Origin: Calditrichia bacterium
Lineage (GTDB): Bacteria > Calditrichota > Calditrichia > JAJRVZ01
DNA: 24,156 nucleotides
Assembly (NCBI GenBank): GCA_963777955.1
Contig: CAVZSQ010000009.1
Coordinates: 1-24,156, forward strand
Direction of reading: 5' to 3'
Shown: positions 1-10,607 of the stretch, piece by piece
How the letters are laid out: each line of letters begins with the position of its first letter
How positions within the stretch are numbered: the stretch's first letter is position 1
Position numbers and translations under genes: made by a program
Notes under the pieces: generated by a model
Database searches by the model: none
What the model was told of the DNA's origin: nothing
The model's input: only the letters and a program-made list of their open reading frames with translations

Positions 1-15
1 ACGGATAAAGGTCGA

Positions 16-1998
16 TTATTTCAACACAATCATTTTTTTAGCTTCAGTGAATGAACCGGCAGTGAATCTGTAAAAATAGACACCACTGGGCAGATCGTTG
101 GCATTAAATTGAATCTGATAAGCACCAACTGCCTTAACCTCGTTGACCAGGGTGGCGATTTCACGTCCCAAGGTCATCATAAAATTAGTGAAATTAATCC
201 GGGCTCTAATATCTCATAACTGATGGTCGTGACCGGATTGAAGGGATTGGGATAATTCTGATGCAAGGCAAAATCAGATACGGTTATTTCCCCGGACAGC
301 AGGGAAGTCGGGATACCGTGCACCTGCACAAGTTCGATACCCTCGCCACTCTGCAGATTACGGGTATATTGTTTAGCGGTAGAGTTATTCCAGTGCTCGT
401 GTACACCCAGACTCTGCAAGTGAGTGCCATCCCCCTCGGGATCGTAGTTGGTTCCGGAAGGCGGAGCTCCTGCCTGTGATCCTTCATGCAGGTAATTATC
501 AACAGCGCCATAGACATAAATCATATTAGTATTGACTGCCTGTTCAGTACGGTAGAAATCAAGTCCGACCGACTCAATGGCGATATTATCCTGTGAAAGG
601 AATATACTGGAAGTCCAGTCGTTGTCAAATGGTTCCGATTGCCATTTACTGGCGTTTGATACTGCGGCTTGTTCAGATTCCACACCGTACAAGGCATCGA
701 TCATAAACAACAATGTTTTGCGTCCGATATCTTTGTGCCCCATCAGATCAACCAGGGTATTATAGGTACCCATCGGCCTGCCGTTGAAAGTCCACTCCGG
801 AGTGCCCTGCCGAGATATCATGAACAGCAGTATAATAATGTAATCCTGCAGCATGGGGAGCATTTGTAGAAGGTTGGCCCTGCGGGTCACTAGCACTAAT
901 CGTACCAAAATGATTTTTTGAGCAGAGAGTCACACCCATATAGCGGTGAGCTTTAAAATTAGCCATACTGATGATGTAGGCAGCCTGTGTTACCACCGTA
1001 GGGAGATATGCTGTTTGTCCGCCGTTAATCTCCATAGTAAGATCTTCCGACCAGTGAACGTAAGTTGTGTCGCGCACATATTTTTCACGATTGGTCAGTG
1101 TACTCCAGCCCATAAAATGAACATTGGGAAATTCGTTTTTACATCTTGTCAAGATAGCATCAGGAACGATGCGGTTAGAGTCGTAAAAAGTGATATCATC
1201 AGCAGCTACGCCGGCCTGTAGTACCAGTTGTCGCAGTAATGCTAAGACTGCCTGGGGTGAGGGGAATGAAGTATTACCGGGATTGCCGGTGCCACTGGTC
1301 AGATTTAAATTGATCTTGATAGCAATTTTTTCACCGGCCTGGTAACCGATAGACCCTTTGTCATGTTGTACATTGAAATACTTAAACAGGGCATCCCAGG
1401 CCCCGGCATCTGTATTTTCACCGGTCAGGGCGCGGAGAGATTTAGACAGCATTGTATCTACAACAGTCTGATTTGTATTAGTATCACCCCACCAGGTTCC
1501 TGAAGATCCATTCCACCTGGTTGCAGCAGGATCCCACATCCAGGTTACACGGCCCGGATTAATACCGGCTGCCGTGCCCATCGGACTGTTTGCGGGGTCT
1601 GTGGGTACGAAAAGAGAATCGCCCATGACAGAATAAGCATATGATTCAGTGCCCGTGTTGAGGGTGGTGAAAATTCCAGCAGCAATACTGACTAGTAACA
1701 AAATTAATGCCGGAATATAGCGGGATTTGCGCAGATAATGCCCGGCTTTTTTAAAGGAAAACAGAGTGACCGCCAGTCCGGCTATGTAGACTAGAAAACC
1801 ACCGGCCAGAGGTGTTGCCACCTGCATACAGGGATATTGAGCGCGGCTTGGTTTGGGCAGGACGCGAACCAGTACCCAGATCAGCGCAGCCAGTCCGGTT
1901 ACCAGGAACAACAACCGGAAAAATTTATTGTTGTTAAAATGATGTTGATATTTGGAGATCCAGCTGTGGTGCTGATGCGAAGAAGTAAATAATTTCAT
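16..1998 (-). CDS. DUF362-family protein with N-terminal membrane/signal region and C-terminal T9SS-type (Por/FlgD-like) sorting domain; two apparent frameshifts (~810, ~178)
   Basis: ORF 760..1998 has PKPSRAQYPC, MGTAAGINPGRVTW, KIAIKINLN and FKAHRYMGVTLCSKNHFG. ORF 177..908 continues with YNTLVDLMGH, SLGVHEHWNN and LHQNYPNPFNPVTTISYEI. Manual reading of 16..174 gives LGREIATLVNEVKAVGAYQIQFNANDLPSGVYFYRFTAGSFTEAKKMIVLK* with TAA at 16-18. Confidence 0.8.
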
Positions 1999-2033
1999 GT
2001 ATTAATCCTTTCTGTATATAGATTATATGAGTG

Positions 2034-2769
2034 TCAGGCTATTCCCGTGCGCAGCCATCTGGCCCAATCCGGACGATTATTATTCTCTGCCTGCCTGGCC
2101 GCACTTTCATGGTCATAGGAAACTGCAATTTGTTCAACATTACAACCGTTTTTTAAATCCAGGATACAGTACCTGGCTTTCGGCGAAAAATTTTCCATCC
2201 GGTGCGGAACGGGTTGATTGTCGGTATAAGCCGGCAAACCCACGCTCCCCGGATTTATAAGTACTTTATTATGTACTTCCACCAGCCTGGGACAGTGACT
2301 GTGTCCGCAGATAATTATATCTTCTTTAATCCTTTTAATATAAGCAAATAAATTATCAAAATCTTTGATTCCTACATATCCCGGAAAGAGGTCTTCGATC
2401 AGATATTCATTATCCTTTTCAGGTGTTCCGTGACATAAAAAAACTTTATTGTTAATCATTCGGGTCATTTTTAATTCAGCCAGCCAGTTTTTCGCTTCCT
2501 GATTTAGAACCTCCTAAAGTATATTTTAAGGTTGGATTGGTGTATTCACAATTCACTGACTGAATTATATCCCTGTCCTGATTACCACGGATACTTGTAA
2601 TGCCATTCTTAAGAATAATCTCAAAAGTTCCCTGCGGATCGAGCGGTCCGTATAAACTATCGCCTAGATCATATATTTCACTGATACTCTTTGTTTTGAT
2701 ATCCGCCAGGACAGATCTTAAAGCCCAGGAGTTACCGTGAATATCTGAAATAAATGCTAGTTTCATCAA
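2034..2769 (-). CDS. Metallophosphoesterase (calcineurin-like, YfcE/MJ0936 type), frameshifted near 2470-2510
   Basis: Motifs DIHGN, LGD and RGNQD in ORF 2476..2769, then CHG, GHSH and NPGSVG in ORF 2034..2468. Confidence 0.85.
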
Positions 2770-2991
2770 GATTGGCTTTTGATTTAATGATTCACCGCTG
2801 CTGAACTTATCTCTAATAATAAATATAAATCAGATAAATTCATGTATCATTAATCACATTATATAATATTATCGAAGGGATTTATAAATCGGCACTTATT
2901 TTTAAATAAAAATAGTTTTATTGCAGTAGCAGGATGGCATATTCCAGTTGTTTCATATTTGTTTTGCGGCGTTTCCCGGTGACAATAAAAA

Positions 2992-3462
2992 TCAGGATTG
3001 ATGAGATTGAATTACCTTCCACTGATCATTGAGCCGGGCATAGACAAATGACCAGAGAAATTTGGCATTAAATGTCTTGCCGTCAGCCGCATCCACCCTG
3101 GCTTCGCCGCAGGCGGTCAATAGTGCCAGCGAACCGGAAAGTACCGTTATTTTTTTCTTTTGTAATGATATAGTTTGCCGGAGTATACCCTGAGATCTGC
3201 TGGTAAAATTGTTCATTAATGAATCAAACTGGGCATAATACGCACCGTTGGTTATAAATCCCGCCTGATAACGGTCATCGACTCCTTGCTGTAGTTTTTG
3301 GGCATCCAGAGTTTCAGCTGCTTTTAACATTATACTGAAAACAGAATCGATCTCCTGTTCAATTCTTGATACTTGTTTGCTGGCCAGGTTTTGGGTGGAG
3401 GAACAGTCAATTAAAAAACAGATAATGAAACCAGTGATTAAAATAAATACAAATTTTTTCAT
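2992..3462 (-). CDS. NTF2-like/SnoaL (DUF4440-type) exported protein, possible lipoprotein
   Basis: Intact 156-aa ORF; MKK plus hydrophobic stretch plus Cys; C-terminal WSFVYARLNDQWKVIQSHQS typical of NTF2-like folds. Confidence 0.7.
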   Translation of the reverse strand: MKKFVFILITGFIICFLIDCSSTQNLASKQVSRIEQEIDSVFSIMLKAAETLDAQKLQQGVDDRYQAGFITNGAYYAQFDSLMNNFTSRSQGILRQTISLQKKKITVLSGSLALLTACGEARVDAADGKTFNAKFLWSFVYARLNDQWKVIQSHQS

Positions 3463-3505
3463 CTTGATATCCTTATTTTAAATGATTTTGCCTTGGTCAA
3501 CAACT

Positions 3506-4963
3506 TCACATCGAAGGAAATACCTTTACTTTCATCACCTGTAGAAATCTGCTGGTACGATGCCAGGTGTACTGCAGATGCAAATAAAGATGCTTTATAA
3601 ATCTGCCTGTATTCTCAAAAGACATTTTCAATAAAAACATTTCGGTACCAATTAATCTTTTAAAAAACAGGTTTATAATCAATAAAAGCATATGACCGGG
3701 CCCTAAACCCTTTTGAAAAAGAATAGGCATGTCGCCAGGTTCAAAGATCATCAGGTTTTTTATATTTATGGCCGATTTTACCCATGAAAATTTTTCGGAA
3801 AAACAGCCCGCTTCCCGGCAGGTTTTCTCCAGACGCGTACCGGGATAAATTCTCATGCCCACCGTCACGGCAAAGAAATCAATGGTTGGTTTATTCTTTT
3901 GCATGAATTGAATATCTTCCAGGCACTCCTGATAAGTTTGACCGAAATGGCCGAAGGTAAAAAATACTTTCGATTTAATATTTAAAGCCCTGCACATTGA
4001 CAGTACGTCCAGGACCTGCTGGGGAGAAATCCCTTTGGCTATCTTTTTAAGATGTGTTTGACTGGAAGTTTCCATCCCCACGTTAATATAATAACAACCG
4101 CTGTCGCGCATTATCCTGAGCAGGTCATAATCCACCGTATCAGCTCTTACTTCGCACTCCCAGGACAAATGGAATTGCCTGATCAAATTGCAAAACAGCA
4201 GAGCATGTTCTCGATTGGCTGTAAATGTGCTGTCAAAAATTTTTAATCCGCCGAGTCGCCGGCGGGAAAGCAGATACTCTATTTCAGTACCGATACTATC
4301 CATATTCCGGTAATAAGCACCGCCGGGGAACATCCGTGATGCGGCACAAAAGTTACAGGCAGCGGGACACCCGCGGGAGGTGATGATGAAGTCCCCCTGG
4401 CCGCCGATAAAATCCATCTCCATATTATAAGCATGCGGAAGCAAATCCCGGTCCGGTACGGGTAGTACCGACAGGTTCTTGATCCGTTGTGACCTGGAGG
4501 TCATGATCTCTCCATTGTCCCTTCTGGCCAGACCGGGAAGCGTGGCCAGCGATCCGTTATTCTTACCGGTCAGGTGGTTGCATAGAGACAGGAAAGAATA
4601 TTCACCCTCTCCCAGTATTACATAATCAATCTGGGCAATATTCCGTAAGGTTTCCGGTGCTGTGAAGGAGGCGTGCACTCCGCCATAGACCACCGGGACG
4701 TCAGGTAAAACTTCTTTACTCAGTCGGGCAGTCAGAAAACTGGCCCGGCGGCTGGGTGTGGTTCCGCCGATGCCGATTACTTTTGGTCGCAAAGCCAATA
4801 GATCGCGGCGATAATCGCGATGATAGTGATTGAAGTCGATAATGTGTACATCATATCCTGCCTGTTTCAGTACTGTTCCGGTACTTACCAAACCCAGAGG
4901 GATCATGGATTGAAACAGACGAAGTCCATCTGCCGGATACGTTAATAAAACATCGATGGACAT
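3506..4963 (-). CDS. Cobalamin (B12)-binding radical SAM protein (class B methyltransferase-like)
   Basis: Intact 485-aa ORF; PLGL..., VVYGGVHAS and ILGEGE (B12-binding domain); TSRGCPAACNFC (CxxxCxxC); GMETSS. Confidence 0.9.
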   Translation of the reverse strand: MSIDVLLTYPADGLRLFQSMIPLGLVSTGTVLKQAGYDVHIIDFNHYHRDYRRDLLALRPKVIGIGGTTPSRRASFLTARLSKEVLPDVPVVYGGVHASFTAPETLRNIAQIDYVILGEGEYSFLSLCNHLTGKNNGSLATLPGLARRDNGEIMTSRSQRIKNLSVLPVPDRDLLPHAYNMEMDFIGGQGDFIITSRGCPAACNFCAASRMFPGGAYYRNMDSIGTEIEYLLSRRRLGGLKIFDSTFTANREHALLFCNLIRQFHLSWECEVRADTVDYDLLRIMRDSGCYYINVGMETSSQTHLKKIAKGISPQQVLDVLSMCRALNIKSKVFFTFGHFGQTYQECLEDIQFMQKNKPTIDFFAVTVGMRIYPGTRLEKTCREAGCFSEKFSWVKSAINIKNLMIFEPGDMPILFQKGLGPGHMLLLIINLFFKRLIGTEMFLLKMSFENTGRFIKHLYLHLQYTWHRTSRFLQVMKVKVFPSM

Positions 4964-4983
4964 TTATTTCCTCCCCGGAAGGT

Positions 4984-5920
4984 CTAAAAGATCAGCAGGC
5001 TGATAAATGTAGTCAGCAGAAACAAAATTAACACTGCAATAATGTGCAAGATTCCAATCATCGTTGTTTTGAGCAGGGTAGATATCCTGGTTTGCTTATA
5101 CACATGACGCAGTGAGATATACAGATACCAGGCCAGCACGAACGGTGCGGTCAAAAAGATCAATGATAACAATGGAATTTTACTCAGGGCTAACAGAATA
5201 AGCAGTAACAGAAAGGCAAAACTGTGATAATGTACAGAAAATATCAGTGCCCCGATGAAGTACTTCTCCTGTTTACAGAAAAAAATGTAGATCAGGAATC
5301 CGACCAGCGGCATCAGGATAAACATCATATAGGAAACACCCTTGATCATCAGATGTAAAAATTCCTTTTTCCCGCCGGTCCCGATCCGGGCGAGTTGCTT
5401 GACTATGAATTTGTTATAAGTCGTTTTAGCGATATGTCGTACTTGCATTATTGAATCCAACTGTGATTCCTGCAAACCGCCAAGTTCACTGGACTTAAGT
5501 CCAAAGTAAGTGATAAAGAAACCACCGGATTTTACCTGTCCAGGTCCCGTCTCGCTGATCCTTGTTTCTGTCGTCGTCGTCGTCGAAGATCTGCCGGAAG
5601 GGAAGGTCAGAAAAAAGAAAAAACAAAAAACTGAAGAAGATGTAGAAACGCATTGGTTTAACATAGCTGGCGCGCTTGCCTCGAACAAATTCTGCGGTTA
5701 GAAATCCCGGTCTGAATAGCAGTGCTTTCAAGGTCTTGACTGACCGGGTATCGAAATGGAAAATTGTTTCAGCCGCCTCTTTGACCAGGTGCCGGAACGG
5801 GGCATTCAGGTCGTAATTTTCCTGTCCGCATTCGGGACAATAGTTAGTACGTTCAGAAGCATTTCCAAAGCGGTAACCGCAGTTGGGACAGGTTTGACTT
5901 TTAAATTTTCTTTTAGCCAT
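4984..5920 (-). CDS. DUF3667 domain membrane protein, frameshift in a T-rich tract near 5610-5630
   Basis: N-terminal CPNCG...YCPECGQ zinc ribbon and LLFRPGFLTAEFVRGKRASYVKPMRFYIF (ORF 5495..5926, ATG at 5920); multi-TM C-terminus with LIFSVHYHSF in ORF 4984..5688. Confidence 0.8.
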
Positions 5921-6354
5921 TGTCAAAATGATTATTTAGATTTTCGAATGATTTATTAAGGAATTTCTGCCATTGGGGTTTCATAATCAGCGAATCCATC
6001 CAGGAGGTGACCAGAGGGAATGGCAATTCGTATTCCAGGATGTAAGTCACTTTAGTTTGATTTCCCTGGGCGGTGAAAATCCAATGAGTCTGGTGTGGCA
6101 ACCCCTTGGTGGCCTTGCCATCCCAGCTGGCATTCGGTACATAATTATGTATTTCCGTCTCAACCGCTGTATTGATACCCATCATTTTTATTTTGTAGGC
6201 ATAGCGGGCGCCATTGCCGGTCAGAATTCCGGCTGCGTGGTTTGAAATCGGAAACTCCCTCAAACCAGTCCGCCCACTTTTGCCAATCAGAGACAAATTT
6301 AAAGACCTGCGGCAACGGCGCCTTGATCAGCGTAGTAGTTTCAATTCGGGCCAT
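5913..6354 (-). CDS. SRPBCC (START/polyketide cyclase-like) family protein, frameshift near 6240
   Basis: MARIETTTLIKAPLPQVFKFVSDWQKWADWF (ORF 6160..6354) joins ...WIFTAQGNQTKVTYILEYELP...SFENLNNHF (ORF 5913..6296). Confidence 0.8.
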
Positions 6355-6430
6355 TTTTCTCCTATATTTTTTGATATAGTCATCTGTCTATGGGAACTGA
6401 AATAACAAATAATTTATATATTTATATAAC

Positions 6431-7112
6431 TCAAACGCTGTGACTGTTGTCAGTGCGGGCTAATTCACCAATATCAGTATTCTCTAAAACCTTTTTACTA
6501 TATCCTGATAGCGAGGCTTTGATCATAGCCAGACCCAGATCTGTCATTGTACAAACATATTTAGGGAAAAGAATTTTCCACAATGGATAAAACTTACTCA
6601 ATATTCGTGATACAGTGTAAGAATTTTTTAAACCATTTGTGGATTTGATGAATCCCGGTCTGAACATGTAGGCCGCTTTGAAGGGCAGATTTAACAAATC
6701 ATTTTCCGTCTTGCCTTTCACTCTGGCCCAGCTGATACGCCCCTGTTCTGTACTGTCGGTTCCTGCTCCCGACACGTAACAAAAGGTCATATCCGGATTG
6801 AGTTTCGCTAAGGTATTCAGCTGCCTGCATGGTGAGAAAATAGGTTGTCCGCGAATATTCCTGTTCCTTCATCCCCAGCGAAGAAACACCCAGGCAGAAA
6901 AAACAGGCATTATAACCTTTTAATCGGTTTTCAATCGGCGTGTAGTCGAAAAAATCGCTATGCAGCAACTCCTGCAGTTTGGGATGCTGCACCTGGCATG
7001 ATCTTCGGCCAATCACCAGAACCGATTCCACGTCAGGATGTTGCAGGCATTCGTGCAGAACACCTTCGCCAACCATGCCGGTGGCACCGAATAGTATGGG
7101 TTTGATCTTCAT
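6431..7112 (-). CDS. NAD(P)-binding epimerase/dehydratase-like protein (atypical SDR, TIP30/YraR-like), frameshift near 6800
   Basis: MKIKPILFGATGMVGEGVL Rossmann motif from ATG at 7112; ACFFCLGVSS; then TFCYVSGAGTDSTEQGRISWARVKGKTENDL and FRPGFI in ORF 6431..6790. Confidence 0.85.
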
Positions 7113-7646
7113 TATTTTTTCTCTCCGAGCACATCTCCGTAATGTTTCTTTGCACAGTCGGGGCAGACGCCATGAGAAAAGGAAACGGGCTGCGGGCCAT
7201 GATATACTTTTTCCAATCGGTTGCCATTGGTCCTTGTCATCGCGGATTTTCTTGCAAAAGGAGCAAACCGGCAGCAGTCCTTCTAAAAGTTGAACTTCTC
7301 TGTTTAACCTATGAGTCTGCCTGGCATTACGATCGATTATCAGTGCAAAACTGGCCAGTACCGCCATTTTGATCATAGTATTGAATACCGCTTCAAACAA
7401 CGTCCAGGGCACAGTCCATAAATCAATATTGAAGTACAGGCGGACTAAAGGCATGGTTACGGCCAATGATAATCCCCACCAGCGTCCATTATACCAGGAG
7501 GCCAGGGCGACGGGTATTAAATATGAAATAGGAAACTGGATAAATGGTCCTGAAAAATAATCAACGAGAAGGAGTAAAGTCGCAATTGCCAACCAATAGA
7601 GCAGATAAATTGGTTTGCTTTCATTAATAGTTTTAAAAATTGTCAT
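7112..7646 (-). CDS. Membrane protein (DUF4118-like TM region) with C-terminal Cys-rich CxxC...SHGxCPxC tail; indels near 7185-7215
   Basis: Several TM segments then LEGLLPVCSFCKKIRDDKDQWQPI; a shifted frame gives FSHGVCPDCAKKHYGDVLGEKK* with TAA at 7112-7114 overlapping the next ATG (TAATG). Confidence 0.7.
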
Positions 7647-7697
7647 ATGATTCCCGTTTCTTGCATTTGATGATCCTGAAGATTTTGATATTTATAG

Positions 7698-8962
7698 TCA
7701 TCTCAAACTCTTACCTTTTGTTTCCGGAAACATCCAGATCCATATCCCGGTCAGCAGGGCAAACAGGGCAGCCAGCGAGATCCCGCCACCCAGTCCGTAT
7801 TTGGCCGCGATCATGGCAATAACCACCGGAGTGAAAAACTGCACGCCGCGGGCCAGGTTGAAAGCAGAGCCCATGGCGGTATTGCGGATGCCGGTAGGGA
7901 ACAACTCGGAGAACAAAGGGCCATAACCACCGAACATTCCCGTGCCGAATCCGACCAGAAACATAAAGGCCAGGATTACTTGTGGTGTGGCAGCGATGAG
8001 ATCCCACATGATCGTTATCATGATCAATCCCAGGGCCATCACGAATGAATAGATGGTATAGGCCGGCCGGCGCCCCAGACGATCAGCCACAAAACCAAAG
8101 GTAAAATAACCCAGGAAACCGCCGGTCTGGGTCACCAGCATCCACAGGGCCGACTTGGCCATGGAGAATTCGCGCTGCTGATGCAAGTATCCGGGCAGCC
8201 AGGAGTAAGTAAACCAGTAGGCCGACATGTCGAAAATGGCCAGAACCAGGCAGAGCAGGAAAATTCTGCGGTAAGGCTGTGAAAAAAGCAGAATAAAATT
8301 GTTCTGACGTTCAGAGATAATTGATGTGGCGGGCTGCTGAGCCAGGAGTTTCCTGCGTTCCAGCCACATATCGGACTCAGCCATGGATCTGCGGATGAAC
8401 ACGACCAGCAGTGCCGGCAGTACGGATATGAAAAAGCAGGCCCGCCAGCCGATGGCTGGAGCCAGGAATCCGCCGATCACTGAAGCCAGGGCAATACCAA
8501 CCGGAGCCCCGGTCTGCATATAGGCACCATACCGTCCGCGCATTTTGGGCGGAAAGGTTCTCGCTGACATAGGTCTGTCCCGTACCCCATTCACCTCCGA
8601 CTCCAAGCCCGGTAATAATTCTGAAGAACATCAACAGCCATAAATTACCGGCCAGTCCCGAAAGAAATGTTCCGATGCTGTATGTTAGAATAGTCCATTG
8701 CAGTACACTTTTCCGACCAAAACGGTCGGAAAGCATGCCGAAGATTACCCCGCCCAATGCGGTAGCTGCCAGGCGAGGCACCGAGAACATACGATACTTC
8801 CACGGCAGAAAGGCCGAGATCTTTACTGATCGGGATGAGCAGGAAAGTATACAGGATAAGATCGTAGAAATCGAACACCCAGCCGGCCCAACTCAACAGC
8901 AGAATACGATAGTGCTGTTTTGAAGGCCGATCATGTTCGCTGAGCAATAGATTGGATTGCAT
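7698..8962 (-). CDS. MFS transporter (aromatic acid/sialate:H+ symporter-like), frameshifts near 8775 and 8565
   Basis: WVFDFYDL, GMLSDRFGRK (motif A), RIITGLGVGGEWG, FVADRLGRR, ELFPTGIRNTAMG and PETKGK across three ORF pieces. Confidence 0.9.
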
Positions 8963-8986
8963 AGCGTAACTGAAAAATTTATAATT

Positions 8987-9755
8987 CTATAGAAAATATA
9001 ACAGAAATACTATTCCCAATACGATCCGGTAATAACCGAAGAAAGCAAATCCATATGCCTCGACGAACCAGACAAAAAGTTTTACCGCAATCCAGGCCGA
9101 AGATAAAGGCGACCACACCGCCAAGTCCCAGCAGGATCCATTCCGGACCGGCTAGCTGCGCCGATGTTTTGAGCAAGTCATATCCGGTGGCAGCGCACAT
9201 GGTGGGCACGGCCAACAGGAATGAAAATTCCGTGGCCTGTTTTTTGTTGTATCCGTTGACAACCCCGCCGATGATCGTTGCCGCCGCCCGGGAGACACCC
9301 GGTATCACCGAAATACTCTGAAAAAGTCCAATTAAAAAAGCATTACGGTAAGGAATTTCTTCCAATTCTGCATGTTTCCTGGTGGTGCTGACCAGCCACT
9401 TATCCAGCAGAATGAGTATTATTCCACCGATCACCAGGGCCACCGAAACTACAATCGTATTAAACAGGTACTCTTTGATAATTTTATAAAATAAAAAGCC
9501 GACGATCATGGTGGGTATAAATGCTACTGCCAGTTTTTTATAAATCATTAGATTGCTGATAAACCTGCGGGCATAAAGAAATACAATTGCTAAAATAGCA
9601 CCGATTTGAATGCTGATCGTAAAAGTCTTGACAAATTCCGGATTTTGCAGTTTAAGCAGGGCTTCGGCCAGCAGCATATGCCCGGTAGACGAAATCGGCA
9701 GAAATTCGGTAAGACCTTCGATAATTCCTATTATTATCACATCAAGATAAGTCAT
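8987..9755 (-). CDS. uppP: Undecaprenyl-diphosphate phosphatase (BacA/UppP), C-terminal frameshift near 9100
   Basis: EGLTEFLPISSTGH, IQIGAILA, PGVSRAAATI and EFSFLLAVP; the corrected frame ends AWIAVKLFVWFVEAYGFAFFGYYRIVLGIVFLLYFL* (TAG at 8987-8989). Confidence 0.95.
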
Positions 9756-9931
9756 AAGTAATATTCCTCTGTAACAGCATTAGCATAAATTAAAATTCAG
9801 TTTACTTCTTGCTGTTATAAAAATCAAACTTATTTACACATAATCCGATAGTCCGGCCAATCGCTTTATTATCTTAGCTGGATTAGATATACCTCAGGTG
9901 CGTATAAAAAAAAGTTTTTCTATACTCTCCG

Positions 9932-10384
9932 TTAACCACCAGTGCTGAAGAGGAGTTCCTCAACGAGTTTGCTGGCATCGCGGACACAGGGCAGGCAGAC
10001 CTGGTTATGGAGGTCTTTTTCCTTGAATTGCTGTTTGCCCTCGGCTGTATTAAGATCACAATCCAACAGTTCCCGGCAGGAAATTGTTCCGTGTAACTGC
10101 CGGAACTGATTGCTGAATTCCTGTACCAGGGCATAGGCGTTTTCCTTGCTGGCGGAGTCGGCAGAATCCACCATGCCATGCTTACATCCTATCACCATAA
10201 AAGCGCCGGTAACGGCTCCGCAGACATCCTGTAATCGACCCATGCCGCCGCCGAAACCGGTAGATATTCGCAAGGCATCTTCCTTCTTTATCTTTAATAA
10301 TGGCGCATAGGTAGAAAAGACGGCCTGGGCACAGTTAAATCCTTGTTTGAAACAATCAGCGGCAATATCAATTCTCGTTTTCAT
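9932..10384 (-). CDS. C-GCAxxG-C-C family putative redox-active protein
   Basis: Intact 150-aa ORF; GFNCAQAV, GFGGGMG, VCGAVTG, GTISCRELL and CLPCV. Confidence 0.9.
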   Translation of the reverse strand: MKTRIDIAADCFKQGFNCAQAVFSTYAPLLKIKKEDALRISTGFGGGMGRLQDVCGAVTGAFMVIGCKHGMVDSADSASKENAYALVQEFSNQFRQLHGTISCRELLDCDLNTAEGKQQFKEKDLHNQVCLPCVRDASKLVEELLFSTGG

Positions 10385-10446
10385 GAATTATCCTTATAAA
10401 TTAACAGTCCTGATGAAGTAAAAAATTTATTCATATTTATACAATA

Positions 10447-10572
10447 TTAATAAACAACTAGTTCCAGCATACTGTTGGGTGGTATCCTGATCTGCTGTTT
10501 TTGATCGCGATTATGTGAGAGTGTCTCCCAGCGCAGTAAATACCGTCTTTTATCGCGACTGTAAAATCGCGC
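10447..10572 (-). pseudogene. Start-less 41-codon relic resembling the C-terminus of BNR-repeat-containing (BNR-4-type) proteins
   Basis: Manual translation ARFYSRDKRRYLLRWETLSHNRDQKQQIRIPPNSMLELVVY*; YLLRWETL..NRD...PP.SML matches my recollection of that family's C-terminus; more GC-rich than the flanking spacer. Confidence 0.5.
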
Positions 10573-10607
10573 TCATTGGAATTTGATTAATTAGACTCTT
10601 TATCAGT

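Noticed and set aside
5570..5630. (GTC)5 microsatellite and A/T tracts in the DUF3667 gene as a phase-variation switch
   Set aside because: The triplet repeat is short and frame-neutral (Thr linker); the homopolymer shift cannot be told apart from the sequencing errors seen throughout.
6699..7646. 315-aa membrane protein-epimerase fusion in the ORF track
   Set aside because: Indels near 7185-7215 create it; the corrected frame restores SHGVCPDC and a TAATG stop/start overlap at 7110-7114.
9932..10384. Selenoprotein form of the C-GCAxxG-C-C protein
   Set aside because: All motif positions are Cys codons and there is no in-frame TGA.
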